A DNA stretch of 64,000 nt from Cyanophora paradoxa CCMP329. Lineage: Eukaryota > Plantae > Glaucophyta. Made by a program: the position numbers and the translations under genes. Positions 26,101 through 38,059 of this stretch are shown here, piece by piece (within the stretch, counting starts at the first letter, position 1; the number at the start of each line of letters is the position of its first letter). The stretch covers positions 124,001 to 188,000 of the forward strand of contig QPMI01000515.1 of NCBI GenBank assembly GCA_004431415.1. The letters run 5' to 3'. The notes beneath the pieces are model-generated. The model saw only the letters and a program-made list of their open reading frames with translations. It had not been told where the DNA came from and ran no database searches.

Positions 26101-28206
26101 GGGGGTAGAGGTCAGACGGCCGGCTTGTAGGCGCAGCGAGGGGGGGGGGGGGGGGGGGGGGGGAGGCGGGGCCGGCGGGCTCAGGTCAGGTCAGGTGAGG
26201 TAGGGGCCTTCTGGGACGCTCTAGGCTGGAGCCGCCCGCTTCCGCTTCCGTACTAAGCCGCGCTGCTCCTCAAGTTCTTAGATTCTCAGGTACGCCCATA
26301 GGTAGCTAGGATAGGTTCTGTGCTAAACTATGATAGGTAGCTAGGTAGGCTCTTAGGTTCTTAAGCGGCCCCGGGCCCCGGGCACCTCCTCGAAGTCCTT
26401 GTTGAGGGAGACGCCGGTCTTCTGGACGATGAGGGAGAGGTCCCGCTGCTGCAGCAGCTCCGGGATCACGTTCAGGTCGTTGCACATCTGCGGGGGGGGA
26501 GGGGGGGCGGGGCCATCAGCCGTATGATGCTTAGGTTTGGCTTCGTGCTTGGATCTTAGATTCGATCCCGGAATCCTCGGGGGGAGGTGGGGCGGGGGGG
26601 CGGCGCCCGCCCGCCCGTCGGTCAGTCGAGGGCTGGGAGGGCGGGGGGCGCGGGCGGCGGGGGCGCGTTTAGAGTGCCTAGAGCGCCGGCACCAGCCCGC
26701 CCGTCAGGCGCGTAGGATGCTTAGGTCTGACTTGATGCTTGGATGCTTAGATTCGATCCCGGAATCTCTCGGCTCCGGATTCGAGCCCGGCGCGCACCTT
26801 GATGAAGCGCTCGAGGGGCATGAGGAGGGCCTCCACTTCGCCGTCCGCGATCTCGTCCGTCCCGTCCCACTCCTCCCCGAGCCCCGCCGCCGCCCGCTCC
26901 GCCGCCCGCTCCGCCGCCGCCTGCGCGCACGCACAGGTGAGCCGCACGACTGACTCTCGTACCGCTGGAGCGCTAGATCTCTGTGTAGCCTTGTATCGCC
27001 GGAGCTAGATCGCTAGATCGGACGGATTGTATGGTCTCGAACGGACAGCTGGAGCGCTAGATAGATCTGTGTGTGGGTTTGCATCGCCGGGCGCACCGTC
27101 GTTTCGGCGCGGACGTCCACTGATATGTCCTTGCTCGCGTAGATGCGGAAGATCTGTTTGCGGAAGGGTGGGGGGGGGGGGGGATGTCGGCGGGGGTACG
27201 GGGGTACGACGGGAGAAGGGGGCAGCACCGAGTACAGGGGACCCCGGTACCCGAAGAGGAAATCGCGGGCCTCGATCTGCGTACCCCGAGATCAGAGGTC
27301 AGAAACGATGTACCCCCTCTCGTCCCCCAGCCGGCGGAACGCACCCGAGCGATCTCGTCCGCCTCCGTGTCGCGCTCGAGATTCACGGCCTCCTTGAGGC
27401 ACGGCGCGATGGTCGTGCGCAGGAGCATCGAGAGCGAGACCTGCGTGATCAAATTCGAGCTGCAGCGGTGCCAGCGGAACAGAGGGGCGTGCAGCGGCGG
27501 AGCGCACGCGTCGCCTCCGGGCCACGATGGAGAGCGCTTCTCGGAACTCAGACATGGACATGTTTGCGTCCTTGGCTGCGGGCGCGCGGGATCAAATCAG
27601 ATCGAATCTGATTTTGAAGCGCAGATCGAATTAAATCGCCCGCACCGGCGTGGCGGAAGAGCTCCTGGAAGAAATCAACGTTCATATCGATCTCGAAGAG
27701 GTGGCACTGCGCTTCGATCTCAGAGGGATGGCGCGGGGCGGGCGCGGGGAGGGCGCGGGGCGGGAGCGGCGCGTGCCTCGCCCGCGAGGCGGAGCCAGCC
27801 GCCCATCTTGATGGTCGGAAGGATCTGGATTCCGACCTTAATGCTCGTCGAGAACCTGTGGCGGGGCGGGCGCGCCAGCGGTGAGCTGCTAGTGACTGGG
27901 CGAGCGCCGCAGGGGAGGCGGGCGGGCGGGCGCACTGCTTGAACGCCCGGAACAGGATGGCTGGCGGGAGGAATCGTCGTCAGAGGGGCGCGGCGGCCGC
28001 GGGCGGGCGAGCGCATGGCGTGACAGACTCTCGTCGTGGTCGGAGGTCTCGTTCGGCTGCACGACCTCTATCTTCGGCTCGGTTGCGGAGCGGGGCAGCG
28101 GCCTCGGTATGGACGTTGACCGCGGCAGCGCGGGCGCCGAGGCAGCCCCGAACGCCTTCTGCGCGTTGAGCAGCTGCACCAGCGCGACGGACACGGACTT
28201 GAACAT
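16248..28206 (-). CDS. Large multi-exon protein with repeated degenerate EF-hand/TPPP(p25)-like modules, kinesin-light-chain-type TPRs and a Pro/Ala-rich tail; possibly flagellar
   Basis: Module exons: LLMPLERFIK|MCNDLNVIPELL, DEMNFEDFLEVLSRIG, LKGVFTYFC...MPAANFFK|LVRQSGMLDKRFTAQ|DLETLF...QWDEFCQA, ISLGEFLSF, EFQELLCRLA. TPR exons: ALSVRERCFGPRSPETAVVMNNIGACL and ILTSSLGHDHPRNVIVVSNI. About 30 exons. Ends are approximate and two genes are possible. Confidence 0.65.
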
Positions 28207-28731
28207 GGCTGCAGCTGCGCTGGGCGCTGACGCAGGGATGCCGCTGTGCTGCTCGCCTGATCAGCAGCTCTGCCGGACCCACGCCGCGGGCCGCTGATGC
28301 GCTGGCCGACGTGTCAACCCGTCTTCTCGCGGGGCCGCCTGCAGGCGCGCTCCAGCGCCCTCCCCCGCCTAGCTATGCTGCTCTGGTGCCCTGGGAGCGG
28401 CAACTAAGCATCCGGGCCCCACGAGAGGACAGCTCCAAATGCGTCGTGAGATGGCGGGCGGCGCTGGTCAGCTGGGCAAAGTCTCCGGTGGCTTCTGAGC
28501 GCGTACACTGAAGCTGCGGCGCTCCTGGGCTCAGCGGCGAGAAGTTTGCTGTTATGCTGGGTACGAATTACAGTTGTTCGCTGGGGTACAGTTGCGCAAC
28601 GGTCGAAGCCACTCCTCGAGGCTCGCGCCAGATAGCTGTGCTTGGAGCAGTTTGCGAGCGAGAGTGTGGACTTCTGGCTGCACTCGGCTGGCAGGAGCAC
28701 CACGTGTGCGGCCCCAGCGGGCGGTCCCGGC

Positions 28732-31124
28732 ATGGAGCCGCGGTCGATGCGTCACGGCCTGGACGCATCGGCGGGTCTTGGCCCCCCGTACGCGAGCGGA
28801 GCCGTCCCGTCGGACTACCGCCGCCGCATCCACGCGCTGGAGGAGGAGGTGATGCGGCTGCACACCGACCTCGCTGCCTCCAGGGCGGAGAATGTAAACG
28901 CTGCTGTGTACCTCTACCCGAAGCGGGGCCCGCCGCCTGACGCCCCGCGCTCCAGGCGGTCCTGCAGCGGCAGGCCGAGAAGCTCGTCGGCGTGGTCCTC
29001 GAGCTCTTCAAACGCACTCTGGAGTTCTGCGGACCCGCCGGACGCGGCCTGGATGCCAACGCGGCGTGGCTGCAGGTCCGCAACCGGTTCAGGCGCCGCG
29101 CTCCTAGCGAGCGCCGCCGACCGCCGCTCGCCCGCGCCCGCAGGCACAGATGGAAGGCGGGAGCCCTCCGGGGTCCGGGCCCGATCAAGCGGCGAAGCCG
29201 GGCGGGGAGGAGGCGACCGGGCGGGCGTGGGCGATGCAGCACGCGCTTGAGAGCGCCAAGGACCGGGCGCGGCGCGAGATCGAGCTGACGAAGCGGCGCA
29301 TCGCTGAGATACAGAAGCGCTCCATTGCCAGAGTGCGGCGGAAGACCCGCCTCCGAAGAACCGCGCCGCCGCCGCCGCTCCCGCCAACGCCGCCGCCCCA
29401 CGCGCGCAGTCGCACGCGCAGGTAACTCCGCCGCGGGAGGAACAGGCCTCCGACCTGCCGCGGCAGCGGCTTGGCTCCCGGTTCGAATCGGCGCACGGGC
29501 CCGGCTCCGCACACGCCAGCCCGGACGCTCCCACCGTCTCGTTCCGCAGCGAGTGCGCCCGTACCCCCGCGCCCCTTCTTCCGCCAACCCTTATCCCCCC
29601 CCCCCGCGCGCGTAGGGCCTGGGGCGACCACGCGGAGCCTGCGCGGCGACCGGCGGCGCCCCCGGCGACGGCCGGCGCTGGCGCACCCAAGCCCGCGTTC
29701 CGGGCCTCGGAGGGGGCGGAGGAGAACCAGGGGGGTACGGGCGCGCCCGGGAGCCCCGCCCTGTCTGCCGGCTCGACCACTTCGTTCGGCGCTTCCTCTC
29801 GAGCCGCCTCCGTCGATGTGCGCCCCCGTACCCCCCGCGAATTCCCCCCCCTCTGACGCGGGGCGACAGGGCGGACGGGTACTGCTCTGGAGCTCGCGGC
29901 GGGGGTCGGAGGCCTCTGTGACGGGCGGAGCCACCGCCGCCGCCGCCGCGTCGTCGTCGGCCGCTGCAGCCGCGGCGCTCGCCGCCGCGAGGTGAGATCC
30001 AGCTGGAGCCAATCCGCTCCAGCTCGGCTGATCGTTCGCCAGGGCTTCGGAGTTCGCGGGCGGGCGGGTCTCGGCGGGGGCGGAGGAGGCGGAGGAGGCC
30101 GCGGCCGCTGCGGTCGCCGCGGCGGAGGCGGCAGAGGCGTACGCGACGGGCGCTGGGGGCGAACGGTGCGCCGCTCCCCCTGCCCGCCCCGCCCCGCCCC
30201 GACCCGCCCCGACCCGACCCCCCCCCCCCCCCCCCCCCAGGCTTCCAGACGGGGGTATCTATTTTCACGACGGCGCCACGACCGACGGGGGCAGCTCCTA
30301 CGCAGACTCGTTCCGCGACTTTTCGGGGCTCTCCCCGGCGGGTACGCCGTTTTCTAGGGGGGGGGGAAGAGTCGCGGGGCGGCGCTGAGGCTTCCTTCGC
30401 AGCGTCGAACGCGTCGACGGTGGGGCGTACCCCCCGCTCCTTGAGGCGGACAGGCTCTGGGGGCTCGGCCGGCGCCGGAGGCTTCTCGCCGATGCATATG
30501 TGGGCCCGCGCGGCATCGAACCACGACACGCTCGGGAGCCCCGTCGGCGAGCTCCGGTCCCCCCCTCCCGCTCCTGTACCCGAGGGGGACGAGGGCCAGG
30601 AGTCGCCCCCCGGCGAGGGGGGTACGGGCGCCGGATCCGCGCCCAGCCTCGTCCGGGACATCTTCGACCTCGCGAGCCCGCCCTATACCCCCAGCGCCCT
30701 CGACGCGGTCCTGGGTACCGGCCCCGACTCCGAGGAGGACGAGGGGGGTACCGCCGCCTCCGCCCTCTCCCCTCCCCCCGCCGCCGCTGCGGCGCCCGGG
30801 GTCCGCCCTCTCCCTCCTCCCCTCCCTTCCACTCCCCCCGGGCCGACCCTGAGCCCCGCCACCCCGCCGCCCCGCCTCGCCCCCGCCGCGCCCCCCTCCC
30901 GCCCCGCCGACCACCGCCGCCCCGAGCGCTCGGGGTTCCCCTTCGATTCCGGGCCGGTACCCCCCGCGGCCCGCTCCTCCCCCCCCTCCCGGTCCTCGCC
31001 GGCGGCGCCCCCGGAGGCCGGGCGGCCCCGGCCGCGGACGCCGGGGCGAGCCGACGCGAACGTGTCGCTCACGTTCGCCGATCTCCGCACGCGGCCCCCG
31101 TCGGTCTCCGCGGGGCCGCGGTGA
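28732..31124 (+). CDS. Hypothetical multi-exon protein with N-terminal coiled coils and a Pro-rich disordered C-terminus
   Basis: MEPRSMRH...DYRRRIHALEEEVMRLHTDLAASRAE; HALESAKDRARREIELTKRRIAEIQKR; canonical splice sites; long final ORF 30420-31124. Divergent from the TPR gene. Confidence 0.5.
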
Positions 31125-31342
31125 GCGCCCCGCTCCCCACTCCCTGTCCAATGCACCAAGAGGAAAGATGGAGAACGAGCAGAGCAGTGGGCGAACGGGG
31201 GCCGCATAAGAGGCTTCAATCGCCTGTACACAAAGAGCCGTAGTGGCCAGGATCGGGATCAAAAGGAAAGCAGCAGGGACTGAGTGAAATCGAATTGGAA
31301 GGAAGGGCCTGGTTGTAGGGGTACAATAACATTATCGGTGCA

Positions 31343-31910
31343 CTACAGATCGGCGTCGGTGGCGTCGTGGCGGCGCCGTGCCTCGCCCGCGTCGCGCGCC
31401 TCGCCCTCCGCCATCTCGACGGCCATCTCCGCGTCGCTCGGCATGTCCTCCTCCCGCGCCGCGAAAGGGTTCGCGTCCGCCTCGCACCCCTTGAGCTTCG
31501 GCTGCGGACAAGCAGAATTCGATCCGGACTCATGACATTCGAAATTTAAATGGTTAGGCGCGCGCGTACCTGCGGGGAAGGTGCGGATTCCGGGGCGCCC
31601 GCGCCCTCGCGATCGGCGGCACCCGCGCCCCGCTTCTGCGCCCCCGCGTCGACGTCCTCGCGACTTGGTTCGGTCCCGGCGGCGCCGGCTGCTCTGCCGT
31701 CAGCAAGGGACTGCAGGCGGCGTCGAAGTGCGGGCCCGGGGCGCACTTGCGAGGGCCCGGGCGGGGTTGCTGATTTTCAAGACCGCAACGGGCCCCTGTT
31801 CAGCCCGCAGCAAGCTTGGGCCTGCGCGCGCGTGCGCATCGGCAATCAGAATGCGCGTTATCTGAATCTGATGCCAAGTTAAAGCTCGAGCGCGCGCGCG
31901 CCTTGCATTC
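31343..31910 (-). CDS. Small hypothetical acidic protein (partial model)
   Basis: Exons SLADGRAAGAAGTEPSRED...SPQ|gt and ag|PKLKGCEADANPFAAREEDMPSDAEMAVE...DL*. The 5' end was not resolved. Confidence 0.3.
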
Positions 31911-32579
31911 GATGCCGAAGCTGCAGCTGCAGGCTTCGGAGCATTTTTGCGTGTCGCAGAGCGCAGTCTGCTCACTGCAAGTGCTACTCAACGCGATCTC
32001 ACGTGGCGCCGAGGTCGCGATCAACGTCCGCCTTCAATTGCAGAGCGGCAACGTCCGCCTTCAATCGCAAAGCCGGGCCGCGCGGGGCCGGGGCGGGCGG
32101 CAATTAAAATTATTTCGCGAGAGGAGGACTCGTGGGATTTTTGCGCGAGAGTGCCGCAGTGCCCTCGCTCTAGATCTCCCCTCTAAGGCTCCCCCCCCCC
32201 CCCCCCTCTCCCCCCTCCCACTGCAGCAAAATGTCGAGGTCCGATTCTCGGCACCCGAAATGCGCGCCGGACCGTCGGATTGCACACGTAAACTGTGAAA
32301 GAAGTCTCCCCCCGCAGCAGTAATCACATGTGCACAATTGGAAAAAGCTCATACACTCAGATCACTCACGACTCGCAATCACATGCATCACGTGCACAGC
32401 TAGCTAGTAGCATTACAACAGGCCTAGGTGGTAAAAATGAGATCCCGAAGCTCCAAAAAGTGGTACAGACGAGCCTCGGTGCTGGCCTCCGCCGCTGCCA
32501 GGCTGGCTTGCAGCCTTAAAGGAAGTAGACGCGGGCGTCCGGCGGGCGACGTCGGCGTCGAGCGGAAGGCGCTCTGCTC

Positions 32580-34455
32580 TTACTGGAAGTCCGCGGGGTT
32601 CGAGCCCTCGTTCAGCTTGGCGAAGAAGAGGCCGGAGAGGCGGACGGGCTTGGGCTCCTGCGGATCATCGAAGACGGAGTTAAGATATTTTTGCGCGGAT
32701 TGTTTCGCGCATCGGCATCGATATATATCGCACCTTCGAGCCCATGTCGTCGTCGCCGGGCTGCTCCGAGGTCCACACGCCGCCGATCTCGCCGGTCTGG
32801 GCGTTGACGCGGGTCACCTGCGCAAAAGCAACGTTAATTATAACATGTGAGCCAGACGAACAAGAAGCGAGATTCTGAGTCGCTAATTAAGTATATTCAA
32901 ATATGATGATCGGACCTGCAGAGAGATGCTGCCCGAGCGGGTGATCTGCTGCTTGATGTTCTCCTTCGCGTACACATCCTGCGATAAAGCAGGTATACGT
33001 AAGAATCGAATTTGACGCCCACAAAACGTAATTATATAAACACAGAAGAACGAGGGCCACGGACCTGGTCGGCCGCAGGGAGGCCGTGCGCGTAGTCCTC
33101 ACCCACAGCGAAGCCGCGGCTCTTGGGGTCCTGTCCCGCAGAAAATGTTAGTGGAAATTCGAGTTCACAGATCTAGGCAGCCTGGAAGGCGCGCGGCCAG
33201 GGCTCGCCTGGAAGTTGCCCATGCGGTACGACGGGACGGTGAAGTCGCCGGCGAACTTGGTGGCGACGCTGATGGTCTTGGGCGTGTTGCCGGTCGCCAC
33301 GAGGTCCTGCGCACGCGGCGAGCTCGAGTTAGCGCCGCGAGATTTGATGTAAATCGAAACATTGGTGCGAGCCTTGATGGTGAAGAGCATGGGGACCATC
33401 TCGCCGCCGGGCAGCTTGACGGTCAGGGCCTGCGCACGCAGAGAAACGTCAGCTAGGCGGCTCGCCACACAGACGAATATTAAACGTTAACAGCTTCAAC
33501 TGTTCTGTAAATCACGCGCCTGGTAGTCGAAGCCGTCCTTCTCCTCGAAAGTCACGGTGCCGTCGTTGGAGACGACGATGGGGCCCTCGACCTTGTCGAT
33601 GGTGTAGGTGGAGCGCGTCAGGAGGCGAGTCGGCTGGTAGTCGGCGTCCTGGCCCTGCGAAAAGAGGAGGCGGTTTGTATATTTGTATATTTATAGAGAT
33701 ATAATATCGAGACGCGCGCATGAGCACCTTGACAAGAGACTCAGCCTTGACTGCGCGCGCGCAGCGAGCACGCGAATGTGGTCAGACCGCGCGGTCGCGT
33801 GCATGTGCGTGGCGACCGTTCGGCGCTGGGCCGGGTCTGAAGACGCGCACCCTGGACCTCGGTGGGCTGCAGGCACATGTCGGTGATGTAGTACGACTTG
33901 CTCGAGTCGAGCTGGATGGCACCGCGGGCCTCCGAGGGCAGAGTCGCGCACGTGTTGGCCTGGCCAGTGCCCTGCGCGCACAGTTCGACTCGGATCGAAT
34001 CTCGAATCGAGGCGCGACGCAAACAATGCGCGACCGCACCTTGATCTTCAGATAGTTCGCCGACTGCATTTGCTCGTAGGTGAGGGGCGCCGCCTGCGAG
34101 CGAAATTGATGAGCCGACGTCGGCGTCGACAGACGCGCGCGAGCGCCCGCGCGCGTGAATCTCAAAATATTCGGAAGTCGCGCACGTTCACGTTCGCAGA
34201 CGCCATGCCGAGGCCGGCGGCGGCGATGAGAGCGGCGAACGAGGCCTTGGCGAACGTAGCGCGGCCAGCCGCCGGCGCCTTGCGGTCCTTCGCGTCCGCC
34301 GCCGGCGTCGCCTCGGCCTTGAACTGCGTGGAGGAGCCCGCCTTGTTCTCGCGGAGCGACCGCGCCGGGCGCCGCAGCGAGGCGGTGCCGAAGTACGGCG
34401 ACTGGCGCGCGCCGACGGAGCTGACGGAAGCGACGGAGAAGGCGGAGGCGTCCAT
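32580..34455 (-). CDS. psbO: Photosystem II manganese-stabilising protein PsbO (OEE1), nuclear-encoded with bipartite transit peptide; 11 exons
   Basis: Transit MDASAFSV...[18 protein letters not shown]. Mature: [25 protein letters not shown]...MCLQPT...[10 protein letters not shown]...[31 protein letters not shown]...FTVPSYR...DPKSRG...KENIK...TGEIGGV...[25 protein letters not shown]...*. Confidence 0.96.
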
Positions 34456-34959
34456 GCTGGCCGAGGAGCTGGTCTAGCGAACGAGGAAGGGCTGCCCGTA
34501 CGTGCGCGGGGCTTCTAGCTAGCAGCGGGGGCCTGGGCCTGGGGCGAGAGAGACCAGCGGACTGATCGAGCGGAGCGAGCGGAAGCGTTTTGTGGGCCGC
34601 TGATCATATGAACATTGCGCGCACGCCGCGGCCGCGGTTGTATGTGTCGTTTCGCGTGCGCGCTGCGCGCGCCAGCCTCTGATAGAAAATGCACAACAGG
34701 CTGTCAACAGCGCTGCCGCCAGAACCGCTGCTGGCCGCATCAATATCGCTGAGAACTTCGGAAATATAATGCGGCGCGGAATCGATATCGGCCCGGCGGT
34801 CCGGCGGCGGAGGCAAGCTGAAGATGGCCGCAGTGCGGCAATCTGCATTTTCAGGCCTAAAAAAAGCGTTTGAATCATTGGGTGGCAGTTTGATATGAAG
34901 CCTGCCACTCGCATCATTAGTAATGCGTCAAGCTGGACATAAGCATGATGGTTCCAAGC

Positions 34960-36260
34960 AGCCAAGCGACCAGTCTCAATTGCCAACTATCAGCCGCTCA
35001 ATTGACAACTATCCGCATTATCACTCACTGGCATATGAAACTGGCAGACTGGCAGCAACGTGGCAGTCTGCGCGAGGCGCGCGCGCCGCGCGCCCGCGGC
35101 CGGCCGGCGGCCGCCCGCGGAGCCCGGCCGGGCCGGCCGGGCCTGCGCTGCCCGCCGGGGGGCCCGGGCCCCGGGGGGGCCGGCCCTGCCCACTGCCCAC
35201 ACAGCCACTGAACAGCTCAAATGATTGGAGTGGCAGCCTTGAGATGAAGACGGTCGTTTCGAATGCCAAAAAAAACGGTTTGGCCGGTCTCTCGTCAGAG
35301 CCCGTCGGCCCGACGCTCACTCAGCCCGTGACGCCGGCCCGTCATATGAACAGTTCGGGCCGGCGCGGGCGCGGCGCGGCGGCGGGCCGGCGGCGGCGCC
35401 GGCCGGGCGCGCGCGGGCTGCCGCGGCGGCGGCGCCCCGCCGGGCCGGGCCCGCGGCCGGCCCGGCGGCCGCTGCAGTCTGCAGGCCTAGGCTGTGCAGC
35501 TGCCGGGCGCCATGGCCAGGCAGGCTGCTGGCTGAGCCTGGCTCATATATATGCATCATGATCAGCCTGGCAGTGCTGATCATGAGGCAGGCCGCGGCGC
35601 AGCCCCAGTGGGAATAATTCAAGATTAACTAGCGCTAGCTATAGCCTACAGATCTAGATCTAGAGCTACCGGTAGCGCTAAGCTCCGCTATCGCTGCGGC
35701 GAATCCGGAGTTTGGCGGCTTTAATTTAGCCCTTAGCGGCTATTAGCTGTAATCTAGGGCCTGTTCTCAGAGTCTACTAGACTAATTAAGTGGCGGACTA
35801 CTAGAATATATATATATATATAGCTAATTAAGTGGCAGGCTAATTAAGCCCTGCGAAAGGCTACACGGTGCGCAACCTGTCGAGCTGCGAATTTACAGCG
35901 GGCCCCGACCTGTCGACGTCGGCCCCCGGCGCCCGCCCCCTCCGCCGGGCAGCCCGTGACCGAACGCGTTTCACAGCGCTAGCTGGGATCTCCGAGGCTC
36001 GTTGGGCCTTCCATAGCTATAGGCATTCGCAGCCTAATTAGAGACCGTTGGCCCGCGGCCGGCCCGGCGGGCCCACGGTGCCGAATTTCGAGGCTCAACG
36101 GCTGTTAATCCTCTGCTAGCTGGTAATCCTCGTCTAGCTAGCTGTTAATCCTCGGTTGCAACTTATCCTTCTAGCTCTTAAGTGGCGGACTAGCCGATCC
36201 TAGAATCCGCTATACTAGTAGCTAGGTACAAAATCGCAAATATACCGGGGGGCCCGGGGG
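34960..36260. repeat. Low-complexity tract saturated with short palindromes (GC-rich then TA-rich)
   Basis: Dense GCCGGC, CCCGGG, CGCGCG, CTGCAG, TCATGA, AGATCT, CTAG, TAATTA and TAGCTATAG. No credible exons. Confidence 0.6.
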
Positions 36261-36315
36261 GGAGGGGGAGGGGGGGGAGGAGGGGGGGGGCGGGGGGGGG
36301 AGCCCACGGATCCCG

Positions 36316-37060
36316 GAGTCACTCACAGACGGATGGACAGTTTTTTTGGCCTTCTAGAAATTCTTCGTTCTTCTCGAAATTCTCTCCTCGGATCCGCTCG
36401 CTCAAGCTCCGAATCATGAATATCTTTCTATCGCCGCGTCCCTTTTCTTCTTGCACGAATCATGCACGAATCGCACGAGGAATTCGAAGCGCGCGGGCCC
36501 AGAAGTGCGCGGCTCGCGATCGCTAGCGCTGCCTCGGTCCCGTCCGCTTCTTCCGACCTTTTCGCAGAGCGGCGACGCGAGCGGCAATCATGGCGGTCCG
36601 ATGGCGGAGCCTAGTCGCAGGCCCTGAGGACGCGGGCGCACGGGGGTGGCGGCGCGGCGGCCGCCGCGGGCGCGGGCTGACCGATGACCCGCGATCGGCC
36701 GGTTCCACGCTGTAAGCCGCATGATAGCCGAAATTACCGTAGTACCGTCCGCTGAACGGCCGATCGCGGATCGACTCTCTTTATAATTAGCTTTTCTCCT
36801 ATCCCCGCTTGAGTTCCTGTCGTCCATTTGCTTCAAATTTCGAAAGCTTCGAATTCGCGCCCCTATTCAAAAAATGATTTTTCGCGCGCGCCCTGCCAGG
36901 CCCTGAAAGCATCGCCGTAACTTTAAATCTCCTTTCTCATGCTTCGCCGTCCCTCCCGGCCGCCGGGCCGCGGCTCAAGTTCCTGTACATGTCGTCCAGT
37001 TGCTTGGAAGATTCAATGAATTAAGTGGCCGCGGGGACGGCAAGGGGATCGGAAAGGGAA
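36316..37060 (+). repeat. Dispersed repeat, diverged direct copy of 52514-53010 (TE relic)
   Basis: Shared blocks: GAGTCACTCACA; GCGGATCGACTCTCT...GCTTTTCTCCTATCCCCGCTTGA.TTCCTGTCGTCCATTTGCTTCAAATTT; CCCTGAAAGCATCGCCGTAACTTT...TCCCTCCCGGC. Confidence 0.75.
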
Positions 37061-37759
37061 CCGTGGTCGTGCTGCTGACTCGTGCAAATTGCAAAGGACT
37101 AGCGCGCGGGCGGCGGTCCAGCGGAATCTGAGACAGCCATATACAACGATAGCCTGCTGGTAGCCTGCTGGCCATAGGGCAGCGATATCGGACTCCACGA
37201 CATGTACAGCCTTAACCTGGTTCACCGTGGCACCTGCTAAGGGTCCGGCCGAGCCGCTGGAAACAGCGGCGCGTGGGGAGGGGGGCAACCCCCTCACTGC
37301 CTGGCCGGACCTATCCGAGCAAATTTTTTTTTACCGTGGCACCTGCTAGGCTGCCCCAGCTGCAGGGCCGCCCAGGCCCAGGCCCGGCTCCGAGCGAGAG
37401 AGGGCCTCGGCCCTCGGCCCTCGGCCCTCGGGCCTCGGGGAGTCGGGGTTCCAGCCTCCACTGCCCCTCCAGGCTGGCCGCCAGTGGCCGGGCCTGGGCC
37501 GCCTGCAGGCTGCCGCAGTGCAGCTGGCCATACCGGTACCAGGCCTCCTGCATGAGCCCCCCTCATCACCTGCAGGCCTTTCAGGGGACCAGGCTGCAGG
37601 CCTTTCAGGGGACCACCAAGTTTCTTATTCATGCGGTCCGCTATTTTCAAGCGGGCCGACTTGAATGGGAAAATGCCGACGAATCAGATTACTAGTTATA
37701 TTCGATTAGCTAACCTACCTAGCCTAGTAGCCGCGGTCCCGTAGAACACAGTCTTACCG

Positions 37760-38050
37760 GTATGTCATGCAAATTTATGTCGTTTGAACTTTGAAAACCC
37801 GAGCCTTCTCTATGCGAAATATGACATCCCCAAATTATGTCAGCATGAAAGTTTCAGGCTTGCGTATGGGGCGGCTTAGTGAGCCGTTTTTACAAATTTG
37901 AGGCTTGTACGGGGCCGTAATTATGGGGGGTACTGTATGTGGCAACTTCTCAGGAGCAAATTACCGCGGGACCAAATTACCGCGCGCGTTTTAACAAATT
38001 CTCGGCGCGGTAATTTGGTACCGCGGTAATTAAGTGGGCGCGGTATTTAT
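37760..38050. repeat. Copy of the window-start MITE-like repeat
   Basis: 37760-37880 is the reverse complement of ~256-360 (CATATTTCGCATAGAGAAGG..CGGGTTTT; GACATAATTTGGG). 37958-38045 matches the ~510-578 AAATTACCGCG...GCGCGGTAATTTGG block. Confidence 0.75.
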
Positions 38051-38059
38051 GTGTTCTAC

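Noticed and set aside
35620-36260. Fungal-type RIP (CpA->TpA) as the cause of TA/CTAG enrichment
   Set aside because: A few CA->TA differences exist between duplicates (e.g. GGTCCAGG vs GGTCTAGG near 55096/55140). However, the 790-bp kinase duplication shows no TA bias, and palindromic insertions explain the motifs more directly. Not fully excluded.
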